A stretch of DNA of 64,000 nucleotides. It comes from Orbicella franksi (Eukaryota). The translations under genes and the position numbers were made by a program. The DNA lies in contig OZ116699.1 in the NCBI GenBank assembly GCA_964199315.1, positions 28,582,001-28,646,000 on the forward strand. The letters are read 5' to 3'. Positions 50,601 to 60,400 of this stretch are shown here, piece by piece. Positions within the stretch are counted from its first letter, which is position 1; each line of letters begins with the position of its first letter. The notes under the pieces are model-generated. The model saw only the letters and a list, made by a program, of their open reading frames with translations, did not search any database and was not told the DNA's origin.

Positions 50601-52780
50601 AGCCAAACTTTGTGACGACTTTTGCACTCAACTGCGTTCGCCTCTTTTGGAAAACGAATTGGGAGAACAGGTAAGGCAAAAATCTTATAACTTCTCTAAT
50701 ACTACACCATGATAACGTATCTTGTTTGCGATCGCAAATTCAATTCTAACGATTGCTGATCGTTTCGCACAGATTGTCAAGAACTTGGTATTTCTGGCCA
50801 AAACTCTGCAGATCCTAGACGGCAAAACCGAATTAAGGATGGAAAACAGACAACACGCGGCCGTTGCTCCTGAAGGAAATCTCAGCACAAAAAAGGGAAG
50901 TTGTCTGACGCTGACAGCTCTCCTAAACAACATGAACAAGATAGCAACACTAGAAGCTTCTCAAACTCCCAAACATACGAAAAAGGTCAGTACAAATGGT
51001 GCAACCACCTGACCATTTTCAGGTTGCCAATTTAACTGCAAAGCAAAAACAGTCGTGATTTACCACGCGCGAGATTCACGGTTATTTCAAACTAAAAATT
51101 TAAAGTGTTTCCCTCAGTGTTCTGGCCCATGTGTCAATGAAGGGGAACAATGGCGGAACGGTACTTCAAAGTTGTCATTAATCAAGCTCATTTACTTAAA
51201 TCGAACCCCGATAAATCTTTATGTTGATGGTGACAACCTTTACTGTTGCCGAGTTAACTTATCGACAGTCTATACAAAATCGTTCTTTCGTTGATTTGCT
51301 TACAGAGATCCTGTGTATTACGATGGGTGGCTGCTGTGTCCATGAATCTAGGAAAAGATGGTGTTGAACCGCACCTTGCAGACATTTTGAGCCCGGTTTA
51401 CAGGGAGCTGGAACTAGCCACCACGTACATAGGTATATATACACTGTGCAGTGAAATAAACCAACGAACTAACCGCAGACAATTAAACTCATGCCATATT
51501 CAATAACCTTCAGAGCTAGTATGCATGTGTGTAATGAGGTGCTCACAGTATTTCTCATTCCTCGAATTCAATGTCAGTGTTAAGCTTACACCAAAAATTG
51601 TTATCCTCTTTCTTTTCGTACAAGCTAATTATCTTGATATCTCTTTAAAGGGTTCTTAGTTCTCGCTTACCCGTTTCCTTTCTGTAGATTCCGATCTGAA
51701 GAAACTTGCCCAGGAAGTGTTGGAGCTGATCAAAAGTCTTGTCGGGCGGGAAACCTTCTCGCGGGCGTACGCCAGCCTCCAGCAAACGACAACAGAAGCA
51801 CGCGAAACGAGAAAAAGAAAGAAGGCGTTGGAGGTGAGTCTTCATCTTTCGGTTTGTCACTGATGTGTGAATAGTTAACAATTATTGGATGAGACGGAGC
51901 AAAATATAGTTAGTTGTAAGCGTCTCACAGATCGGGGGAAGCGATCTGCCATTTTGCATGACAAGAGCGTGGTTACAATTACGCATGAGCAGAATATTAT
52001 TTGCAGCAAAAACACCTTTAACAGGTAAAACGCTTGAGCAGACCATTATTTGGAGGGAGTTATTTGCAGGTCACATGGTGAGCTCTCAGCCAATGAAAAG
52101 GAAGAAAAAAATGCATCGAATGATAATCTCTCTTGCAAAGGATGGATCGGTTGTATGATTCTGTTCTTTTAATTCGGGAGGTCATTGCCGATTGAAGTAG
52201 ATGCACTTCACGGTATTTGTGTTTAAGGCGTATTTAGAGAAGAGATTTTCTTCTATCTAGTGCTTCCTTGTTCTTGTCGGAAAAGGGCGCGTTCCCCCCC
52301 CCCCCCCCCCTCTAGGCTCCCTTTTTGGTGGAAACGACTGGATGGATGACAGTTAATAAATTAATTAAGAGGGATTGTGGACGATAAACTTGGAAACGTC
52401 AACTCGGACTAATAAATTATAATTTTAACTTCTTTGATATAGAGCGGCTGACAACTGAGTGTCGTAAAACCAAAACCAAACCAACTAATTACCAATTAGA
52501 CTATTCAGCCAATCTCAAACCGTAGTAAAACCAAAAGCGAAGTTTTCGACACTCAACCTGAAAACCGCTCTAATGTTGTCTGGTTCAGTAAAATTATTTG
52601 TTTGAGTCGTTTTCAGTGTTTTCTTAAACTCCATCTTCCTTTTAGGCGGTGGCGGATCCAGCGAAGAGTGCTCGTAAGAAACTTAAAAAGAACTTAGCAA
52701 AGAAGGAAACAAGAAAAAGGAAGATTGATTCTATTAAGCCGGAAAGGAAGTTGAAAGCATTTCGAAGACAAGAACATTGA
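20666..52780 (+). CDS. UTP20: Small subunit processome component 20 homolog (UTP20/DRIM), 40 coding exons, 2764 aa
   Basis: The N-terminus (THRFKGFSERIAAIKVDV...AKWTELNCT..F..FASEV...SLAQLVHH) and internal motifs (LHRRIRALRRL, LTRGYQLHVLSFT, FLLDYPLG, YEHETGRESALEML) match UTP20. GT-AG exons: 20666-21174, 21844-22147, 22998-23246, 23721-24235, 24947-25153, 26340-26559, 27351-27663, 27853-28114, 28551-29030, 29474-29640, 29743-29945, 30384-30524, 30713-30996, 31397-32174, 32356-32490, 33154-33425, 33906-33985, 34668-34948, 35154-35293, 36174-36330, 36465-36563, 41414-41581, 41866-42032, 42201-42348, 43487-43603, 43982-44152, 44439-44570, 45954-46064, 46379-46458, 46557-46626, 46833-46952, 47318-47380, 48841-48972, 49628-49790, 50201-50364, 50599-50670, 50773-50985, 51306-51432, 51688-51833, 52646-52780 (TGA). 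Phases are consistent and the total is 8295 nt. Confidence 0.96.
22580..22955 (-). mobile_element. LINE (L2/Crack-like) ORF2 C-terminus and 3' tail, in UTP20 intron 2
   Basis: Minus frame ...VHDLLLPRNESTYCTRTRGYFELPICKTHRFRNTFIMS resembles L2-clade ORF2 ends; followed by aataaa and a (tcta)n tail. Confidence 0.75.
25592..26170. mobile_element. Two adjacent non-autonomous interspersed repeats in UTP20 intron 5
   Basis: tatactaaaacaat...tagtata-type ends and an internal inverted repeat (atagagtgttcatgtctcggaactatcgg / ccgatagttcctcgacagaaacactat). Confidence 0.5.
28157..28390. mobile_element. MITE of the 'tagagcggttttcaa.tgagtgtcgtaaaacc' family (intron 8)
   Basis: The same terminal sequence occurs at 52439-52573 and ~18065-18265. 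Confidence 0.65.
31113..31285. repeat. (GTTT)n plus degenerate (GCGTAGC/GCGTGTA)n microsatellite
   Basis: Directly visible tandem repeats in intron 13. Confidence 0.9.
32720..32895 (+). mobile_element. Degenerate SINE fragment (CORE-like central region)
   Basis: ccccctggatgggat..gtccatcacagggtt..atttat.cacc.gggtgg..actgtgagagtaaagtgt resembles a widespread invertebrate SINE body (recalled resemblance, not searched). Confidence 0.5.
33666..33755 (+). mobile_element. tRNA-like element (SINE head or tRNA pseudogene) in UTP20 intron 16
   Basis: A box TAGCTCAGTGG, B box GGTTCGAATTCC, acceptor-like pairing gcctcgg/tcggggc, downstream T6 run; no clean anticodon arm. Confidence 0.6.
34235..34406. 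mobile_element. MITE (atagatcgttttcacatgacgtcac...aaaacgctccat)
   Basis: Terminal inverted repeats; related sequences near 42435 and 43140-43330. Confidence 0.6.
35345..36010. repeat. (TTCG/TTCC/TTGG)n microsatellite interrupted by an assembly gap (N, 35439-35882)
   Basis: Directly visible; 444 Ns in UTP20 intron 19. Confidence 0.97.
38752..39897 (+). CDS. Intronless neuropeptide-receptor-like class A GPCR (381 aa), nested in UTP20 intron 21 on the same strand
   Basis: GN in TM1, MRTPVNFFVVNMSIADIL, ECL1 W..G..LCK, MAVDRFFAV, TM5 FYVIPL, TM7 SAINPCIY; intact ATG-to-TAA ORF. Confidence 0.93.
   Translation: MNYDKMNKSNDTSVSDQVCRSDISSVTQAIEVSLYIIVMLVSLIGNALIFAVVYKSRRMRTPVNFFVVNMSIADILITVFYMPRMISRIWLGSEWGISGGLGHFLCKVVPFTQELSASVSVLTLILMAVDRFFAVLFPFKRTFTNTVAYISIAFVWLTAMAVRSPMFYGLRFVQQEDGKTFCSLRLDSEIAFNIYSRFAFILFYVIPLSVIVVLYGAVLVSLKKRKPVGVDLTTIQRKYKDRLKRTRKVMSMLFTIVFVFAVFWCLHFFLPILFARYGAKVCELIFPAFFLGHATSAINPCIYLIYIENYRRGFQAILNPLYRRCFSRVTFANSRVLPQDCSDVVASRYEDSYNLSLTPGTLDFERTVRPRPFEDLTVAEI
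40446..40650. mobile_element. Harbinger-like MITE remnant
   Basis: taa-gcctggttttcactacgac start and internal (acaagc/ataagc) repeats; family assignment is by resemblance. Confidence 0.4.
42625..43059. mobile_element. pogo/Tigger-like MITE
   Basis: TIRs cagtcaaacctc / gaggttcgacta, TA on the right flank, internal gtggccgtt repeats. Confidence 0.6.
44806..44936. repeat. Inverted-repeat hairpin within an interspersed repeat (intron 27)
   Basis: ttattaacc..ggtcttt.cgggaaaatctcaaaccg pairs with cggtttgagattttcccgtaaagatc..ggttaataa. Confidence 0.75.
47943..48345 (-). pseudogene. Truncated GPCR pseudogene (TM5-C-terminus; melanocortin/adenosine-like family) in UTP20 intron 32
   Basis: Frame reads LIMVV*TFVS*TKISLTLRHHQTQVQ...LNIARYKKVVSSA...RLPY...[26 protein letters not shown]. 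In-frame stops at 48315-48317 and 48300-48302; no TM1-4 recognisable upstream. Confidence 0.85.
52439..52573. mobile_element. Short MITE (atagagcgg...ccgctcta) in UTP20 intron 39
   Basis: TIRs agagcgg..caactgagtgtcg.aaaac / gttttcgacactcaac..aaaaccgctct. Confidence 0.7.
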
Positions 52781-53901
52781 CATTGGCTGGGCGCCGGATA
52801 TTTTCATCAAGTAACGACATGAATTATGATGACACACAAGAAATAAACCCTCCAATTTCCTCGCTCTAATGAAGGACGTTAATCTAAGACGGATTGTGAA
52901 CAAACTTGGAAACAGTTGCAGACAGTTCGCCCCATGCACGGATCTGTAGCCCGGGTCTGTTGAGAGCGCACTATTAATCCGAAATATACCTATAACTACA
53001 GAATCGCGCCAAATCGCTTTTAACAAATTTTGAGATACCATCGAAACAAGTTTCTAGTTCTTGGAAGTATGCAAACTAGAGTTCTGTGAAGCAGCCACAA
53101 TATTTTTTCTGGCAGCTTGTTCTTTACACAGGTCATGAAATGTGAACTGAAGTGGACAACGTTCTCTTTGACGCTTTCGTAGTTTTAGTAAAACTAAATT
53201 TTTGTCGCCCTATGAATTCACACTTTTCTACGAGCTTTAGTGCGACTTGAGTACTTTGGCAGAACCAAAAGGTGTTTTCCTTTTAATTTTGCCGTATTTA
53301 AATGCTGTTCAGTACATCTCCAACACAAAGGCAGTGATGAGGTTTCTAATATAACGAACTCATTTGAGGACAAATAGCTGGTAAAGAGTTGGTCGAGTGA
53401 CCTATTATATAACAGTAGGGAGGCAAACCGAGACACTTGCCTCAGACATTAGTTTTTCGTTTTTGTTGTTTTTAGCATAGTTAATAGAGGGGAATAGTAA
53501 TGAAACCGGACAAAGTTCTTTGTTGTATGTTTTTGTTCGCTTTTTTGACCTTGACCTTGCACAAAACACAATTGTTGTTTACTACCGACTGGGGAACTAA
53601 CCAATAGAAACGTTTAGGTTACGTAATTCATGCATAGTGTATGAGCAAAAAATAAAAGACTGTGCACGGTCGTGGACCTTCCAACATAGATCTTGGCATC
53701 TTTGCTTGCTCGTTTGATGTTTACCGGGTTTCAACCTCAGTCGTATGTTTCTTTTTTCTGGCTGCAGCCCTGAATAGGGTCTCTTTGGTTTTGCTTTTAT
53801 GATTTCGGAAAGTGTTAATAAATTGAAGCAGCACCAGTCCTGCATTCTAAACACTCGTATCAAATTTGCGTGTAGAAGTGCGCTACAATTGCGCATAACT
53901 G

Positions 53902-54924
53902 CTACAGTTTTGTATCAAATGTGCAGTTTGCTTTTCCCCTGCATCTTCTCCTAATTCTTGTAGAACACTGACCAGTTGATTGAATATAATGTCTCCATAC
54001 TTGTCTGTACTTGGGGAGTCGCCAACAATACACAAAAGGATTCACCACCGACTGCAAATGAGATAACGTTGTTTCCAAGCCAGTAGATACAAGTAACATC
54101 ATTGGATAAGAATAGCAAGGGACGCAGAAATATACCAACGTTATCAGCACAAAATACGGAGTTACGATGAATAGGGAAACGACAATCGCAAGCGCTAAAA
54201 GTTTCGCAAATCGCGCTTCTTTGTCGGCGTAAATTTGCTGGGAAACTCGAACACTGTCTTCCAAGATTCTCTTCTGCCAAAGTTTATTGTTTTTGCGAAG
54301 TCTATAGAGAATCACTAGGTAAAGACAGAAGTTGACGTTCAACAACACGAACGTCTGAAGGATGAAAACAAAGTTTGTAACAAAAAAGCTGTTTTCAAAC
54401 ATGAAGGCTGCGACTCCAAAGCAAATAAAATAGGCCCAAAGCAGAGTTACTGCCAGATTTATTCTTCGACGAGTCACAATGGCTTTGTACTTCAAAGGCC
54501 TTAACACTGCACAAAGCCTGTCCATTGACAAGAGCAGCACATGTGCAAAGGATGCGCCGAGAAAGGTGGTTGAAAGTGAGTAAATTGCGTGGAAAGAAAA
54601 CGGCATTTTTTCATCTTCGGCTATTGTCAAAAGCCAGTAAGCGTCGACTGGGGACAATACCAAACCAACGAGCAAATCCGCGATTGCCATGGATTGGAGA
54701 ATGAAATTTGGAGATGCGTTGCGCAAGTTCCTCAGCGGATCTTTCCAGACTGTATAAACCACCAACGCATTGCTTAAGATGATCGCAGGGCTTATCACAC
54801 TTAAAATGATGCCCTGTATCCACGAGAAAGTTAGGAAGTGCTCTCCCTGATATTTTAGAAGCGCATTTGAAGCGACTTCACCACTCATGTGCCAGAAATC
54901 AGAATGGTTGAATATCGATGCCAT
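53902..54924 (-). CDS. Intronless class A GPCR, melanocortin/adenosine-receptor-like (~340 aa)
   Basis: ATG at 54924 (MASIFNHS). TM1 SN, WKDPLRNLR, LAIADLLVG-like TM2, SMDRLCAVLRPLKYK, TM6 VTPY, TM7 VNPFVYCWRLPKYR. Confidence 0.93.
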   Translation of the reverse strand: MASIFNHSDFWHMSGEVASNALLKYQGEHFLTFSWIQGIILSVISPAIILSNALVVYTVWKDPLRNLRNASPNFILQSMAIADLLVGLVLSPVDAYWLLTIAEDEKMPFSFHAIYSLSTTFLGASFAHVLLLSMDRLCAVLRPLKYKAIVTRRRINLAVTLLWAYFICFGVAAFMFENSFFVTNFVFILQTFVLLNVNFCLYLVILYRLRKNNKLWQKRILEDSVRVSQQIYADKEARFAKLLALAIVVSLFIVTPYFVLITLVYFCVPCYSYPMMLLVSTGLETTLSHLQSVVNPFVYCWRLPKYRQVWRHYIQSTGQCSTRIRRRCRGKANCTFDTKL

Positions 54925-56097
54925 TTCTTCTTCTCGTCTCTGTGTGATCACCTTTTAACTGGTCGTGAAATTATTTTATCCTTTTGTTCATGATTTGGAT
55001 TCAGTTTGCAGGGAGGTAAAATGAAACATCTTTCAAGTAATGTAACTCCTATTTATAGAAAAAGCAATCAGAATTTCAATTTCAATATACATGCATTTTC
55101 TTTTGTTTGCATTCGGCCAATTTCCATCCTTCGTCGCTCAATTTCGGTTTACCAAAATTAAACGATTCTTCGTGAAAGAGAATAATTAAATTTTAGGAGG
55201 TGTTCTATGTTCTTGCAATTGGCAATGTTTCTTATACTCTCTCAACTCGGCGACGTATTTCTCTCAATACCGCAGGTGGTTTGATAACAAAAGATTGTCT
55301 GTAGTTAGCTTCATTGTCGCCAAAAAGTACGGAAATCACTTACATAACAGCCCGCTGCGTTATTGAACGATTCGGAAGTATCTTTTTAGTTTCACGTCAA
55401 GCCGGACAAGATTACAGCTTCAGTGAACCAATCAGCGCCCCCGCGGAAATGGCTGCTAATTCACTGTATATCATGAATGTGGTTTAATTACATTAGTATG
55501 CCACTCACTTGCCTTAGACGTGTATCTTCCAAAATTGGAAAGCAAATAACTATGTAGTTTCCATGATGCATTAAGAAAGAAAAAAATGGAAACTTGTTGG
55601 TTCTATATATGACAACTTGGGTTAGGATAACGAGTGTAGATTTTAAAGAAATGATAATCGAAGCTGTATGAGTTTTGCGATTTTAATAAATCGAATTAAA
55701 AAAATGTACAGAAGTTTGAAATTAATTCTGTGGCTTGTAAGGTATGTTGTTTAAGGGCTGACAGAGATCTTGGATGAGACTCTTTATGATCTGCACAACT
55801 ATTCTTTCTTTCCACAACCTAGAGGTATAAATGACTACCGTCGGCTCCCGGTTTTCGGCTACATTGCTGCCCGTTGCGTGACTTGGAACTGGAGCGAGCG
55901 TTAAAACTGTTTCTGTGGGGTTTGAGGAATGAGGAACTCTGATGATCGTAGACCGGTTAGGGTGGTAGGGAGATTCCAGGGATCTAGAAAATGGACTACA
56001 ATGATCGGCGCCTTCCAATGATTTTAGAGATGTTAGGTACCCGGGAGGGCTACTCTACAACGTTTTATAAGGGTAGGCTCCGCCGTGAGGTGTAAAC

Positions 56098-56547
56098 TAG
56101 GCTGTCCCAATTGTGCTCGGCAAGTTTTGAGCAACTTTTGACGTTTGGCGCAACTTTTTGGGGGAGATTAGCAACCTCGAGCAACTTTTGCCTTTCTGCG
56201 CAAGTTTTGAGTAATATGTAGGTTCAACGATTTCATAGAAAACTTTAATTTAATGTTCATCAAACTTTTAAAGTTTGAACACCTAACCTCTCACTTGACA
56301 ACGTTCGGCAAGACGTCAAGTGAACCATGTGTTTTTAAATTTCGAGCAACTCTTTAAAGCTAAGTTTGAAGCTATTTTTCTTGACCGATGTAAGCAATTA
56401 TTGTGAAGAGCGAAAAGTAAAGCTTTTGATTAACGTTTATACTAAAATATCAAGACATTTAGATAGTAAATTTTTGAATTTTTGGAACTTTTTTTAATCA
56501 ACTTTTGGGCATTCCAGCATTCTACGAGCACAATCGGGATAGGCCTA
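56098..56547. mobile_element. hAT-like MITE inserted into another repeat (56040-56640), upstream of the JMJD6-like gene
   Basis: TIRs taggctgtcccaattgtgctcg / cgagcacaatcgggataggccta; 8-bp flanks gtgtaaac / gtgcaacc (6 of 8 match); internal gcaacttt repeats. Confidence 0.7.
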
Positions 56548-56843
56548 GTGCAACCTCTTACCTTTTTGTACACCACTTTGGCAGAAAAGGTACTCCATTC
56601 GTATACCTTAAATTGAAAAAAAGGTATCCCTTTCACATACTTCCATAACTGACCCGTATTATGAATAAATCGCCCAAAAAGAAGTCTTCTTGTCATCTTC
56701 ATGTCCGTTCTACCGTTGTGGAGAGTACCCTCTCTCCGTCACTACCGCCCGGGATGCACCCAGAATGCACCGTGATCCTTGAACTGGTAGGTACCAGTCT
56801 CTTAGCATACGCAAGAAAAGAACATGGCGGACGGCGGAACACG

Positions 56844-57905
56844 ATGAGGAAATTCCGTAAACTTAACCAGTTGCAGAGATATATCGAATGTGTGAAGGTG
56901 AAAGTACGCCCTCACTTGAAAAAAGAAACAAAGTATCAATCCACACAACAAAGAGAAGAGCTGGCCTCGAGAGTGGAGGAGTTAAGAGCTGTTTCAAACT
57001 CGAAGAATGTTCGAAGAATATGCCAGAATGATATTTCTGTTGACGAATTCCGGCGTTGCTTTGAGAAAACGAACACTCCAGTAATACTTTATAGTGAACC
57101 TCATTGGAAGCGAACTAACTCAATTTCACAATCTAGTCCTGCTTTAGTGCGACTGACTAGATTCTTAATGCTGTTTAAAGATGAATACTTAGAATGCGGT
57201 GAAGATGGCGACGGTTATTCCATTGAAATCAAACTGAAAAATTTCTTGATATACACGAGACGATTTAATGACCGATTTCCGTTGTATATATTTGATGGTT
57301 CGGTACCTCGTTGGAGAGATGCACAGAGGAAACGAATCATGGTGAAAAACTTGTTTGATCCACCAAAGTTTTTCAAACAGGATTACATGGCTTACCTTGG
57401 AAAAGAAGATCGTCCGCCATGGAAGTGGCTACTGATAGGACCAAAGAATTCTGGAACTGCTCTTCATGTCGACCCTCTTGGGACAAGTGCATGGAACAGG
57501 CTTTTATTTGGAGAGAAAATTTGGCTGCTTTTTCCACCAGAAACCCCCGCTGAACTATTACAATCAACTCAGCCAGGCAGTTATTGTGAAGAGGCGTGTG
57601 ATTGGATGATTTCTATATACCCGAGGACCCAGTGTAATTCCTGGCCACAGAAATATAAACCACTGCTTGCATTCCAGTTCCCTGGAGATGTCATGTTCGT
57701 TCCCTCTGGATGGTGGCATCTTGTACTTAATGTGAAAACCAGTGTCGCATTGACACAGAATTTTGTTAGTCAGGAAAATTTCCCACTGGTATGGGAAAAG
57801 ACTTGTAAAGAAAAGCCAGATCTAGCAGAGATGTGGTCAAAGGCTCTTTTGAAGCATGGCCAAACTCATCTTACAGCATTCCAATCTGGCTTTCATTTCA
57901 ATTAA
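56844..57905 (+). CDS. JMJD6: Intronless JMJD6-like JmjC 2-oxoglutarate/Fe(II) oxygenase (divergent paralogue; start could be 56661 or 56844)
   Basis: Collinear with JMJD6: ECGEDGDGYSIEIKLK, FPLYIFD, RPPWKWLLIGPKNSGTALHVDPLGTSAWN, GEKIWLLFPP, IYPRTQ, PGDVMFVPSGWWHLVLN, ALTQNF, NFPLVW. HxD...H triad intact. Confidence 0.9.
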   Translation: MRKFRKLNQLQRYIECVKVKVRPHLKKETKYQSTQQREELASRVEELRAVSNSKNVRRICQNDISVDEFRRCFEKTNTPVILYSEPHWKRTNSISQSSPALVRLTRFLMLFKDEYLECGEDGDGYSIEIKLKNFLIYTRRFNDRFPLYIFDGSVPRWRDAQRKRIMVKNLFDPPKFFKQDYMAYLGKEDRPPWKWLLIGPKNSGTALHVDPLGTSAWNRLLFGEKIWLLFPPETPAELLQSTQPGSYCEEACDWMISIYPRTQCNSWPQKYKPLLAFQFPGDVMFVPSGWWHLVLNVKTSVALTQNFVSQENFPLVWEKTCKEKPDLAEMWSKALLKHGQTHLTAFQSGFHFN

Positions 57906-60400
57906 TCATTCCCTATGAAAAAACAAACCAAATGGAGTTGGTAGTGTTAACAAGTAGATAACTTGTAATCTTTTATAGTTTATCAGAAGTAAAGCTTGTG
58001 TCAGAGACTGGAATTTTGAAAAGCTGACTCTGTCTGGGCAATTCTTAGTTGTTCTCCATCTCTTTTGCAGCTGTTGGTGAAAGAAAATAAATATGTATTA
58101 CAGGGCTGTAACCTGTAACACCTGTTATGGCTGAGTGTACTTGATGGGCTCTTGATGTTATGGGTGAACTTGCTCATAGTTGATACAGTTCCCTCTAAAT
58201 GTAACAAGTTTGTTACGGCTGTGAAGATTAAGGGTATAAGTGACTCAAAACTTAATGACAGCCTTGTATTATTTTCACTACTTTTTTCATAGAGCTAAAG
58301 TTCAGTAATGGGCTTTTATACTAGTGAACATTTTACATAGTTTAGTAGAATTAATGGCGTTGAAGTTGTGGTTGCACCAACTGTCAATATCAACAATGTT
58401 CAACCAAGAGTGCAACTAAAATGCAAGTGTTAACTATCTTTGACCAAATTACTACGATTATCAGTTGAGTAAGGCGGGACAACAGTTTGGTCACCAAGTT
58501 GTTGTCACAAGCAACCGGCTCCGTATCCATTGGCAACTTGTCGGCCTTTGACATCATCAGCAGCAAAGTGCGCGAAATTGTAGGCGACGCGACAGGTGAC
58601 GCATGTCTGTTGATATTGTTACCAACAGAAACAAGGTAAGTTGCCTGTGACAACACCATAATTTTAGGGTTAAAACTTCATAACCAAACTTCCCTCATGC
58701 TTTACTCTACTGATAATCGTAGTAAGTAACACGAGAATTGCAGGAACAACAAGATAGCACCACTTCGATTGGCCATATTCATAATTTATTCTTGGTTGCA
58801 ACTGAGGCTCTTGTGGGTGGTCTTTTCAAATGCAAATGATATAAACATCTTGATAGTCTCCAGCAATTGAGCCTCCATTGCAAGCTAGTGACCATCCCAA
58901 TAGCAAGAACATGACATTATGTGGCCTATTCTGCTAACTTATTAGTTCTTATGGCTTACAGTTGAATTAAAGTAATTACTGTTTATCAAAATTAGACTGA
59001 AATTAAACTGTGAGTTTTTACCAACAAGTGGCACAGTCTTTGTTAAAAAACAACTTCAAGAGATGCATACATTTAACTTTCTAGGGAGGTGATAAGGAAA
59101 AAACTATGGTATGTTGAATTCATTTTTGCAAAGTAATGCAAATGACAATCACGTCTATTCACAAGTAGTTCGTAAAAGGAGACAATGACTCAGCTGTAAA
59201 TGACACTATTATGGTATAATGATACAATGAATTACCTGATAGGCTCAAACTCATCTCCAGCCCACTTTTCCCTTCTATGGAGTTTCTCCTCGGTATGGGA
59301 TACTACTTTTACTTGATTGTATGTTCAGTGTACTCTTTAATGATGTTAGAGCCCTTTTAATTTTAATATGTTTGTTTTTGGGATTGTTCTTAGCTCGGCA
59401 GGCCATTGATTGAAGTGTTTTGAAAACTTTGCCATGACTCATGGTTTTGTATTCTACGCCAGCATGAAAAATGAAGGGTTTGATTTGATATCTATAGTTC
59501 TCCTCTGAATTGCTCACAATTCGTAACTGACATATCATAGTTTGGATTGGCTAAGTTCTTTTAATTGAAATACTAGAATTAACATTTTTTTAAAAATCGC
59601 TGGTCATTTAGTGTTTTGATGACCTTAATTAATTGACCAGCGACTGGTCGTAAAAAGCCACAGCAAAAAAGGAACAGACCCCCGAAATGATTTCAAAGAA
59701 CTTCAGAAAACAACTAATTTAACTAAACAGCTAAAGCATGTGGTGTCTAGTCTCTTCTTGTTATCTTACAAAAATTATGGAAGTTGTAAGTCTGGTTGGC
59801 TGCAAAAGTTATTTGAACAAGCTGTCAGGGAAGCTTATGTGCATTTTTGTTGGCTTCTGTATATAAAAGTGAATTCAAGAAATCTGTAAAGAAATCTTTT
59901 TTATTTTTCTTAGAAACAAGCTGAGGTTACCATCATTTTCGTACAAGGTTTAAATTGCCCCTGTGTTTTCTCACCACCTTGCTCCCGTAGTAACTTTTCC
60001 CGCGCTTTTTGAGTCTGAGGCATTTATCCATATTTGGTGATGTAGACAATCAAATGCCAAATTTGGAACGAGTCAACAAATGGCGCGCTCTCCTTTATTT
60101 AGTTTTGTTTAATTTTGGTCTTTGTCCGTTTGCCTTCAGAGACGGTATACTGTGGTAATATTTATTATTCAAAATGTCAAACTTCTCGAAAAGTTTAGTA
60201 AATTACTTGCGAAATTTATACCATAGAATTTTTCCAACCAAGGAAATGGATGTGAATATTGTTATCAAGAGAAACCCCAGTGCGCGAGTCCAGGATAACT
60301 GATCTAGATAAGAGAGAGAACTCACTCGAATTTTACCTGAGGAACTGTTAAACTAGAGCCGTGATATTTCCAGTAGCATCAATCAAATGTTCTTCACTCC

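Noticed and set aside
56661-56843. 61-aa N-terminal extension of the JMJD6-like ORF
   Set aside because: No JMJD6 similarity and adjacent to repeat sequence; the ATG at 56844 aligns better with the JMJD6 start. Not fully excluded.
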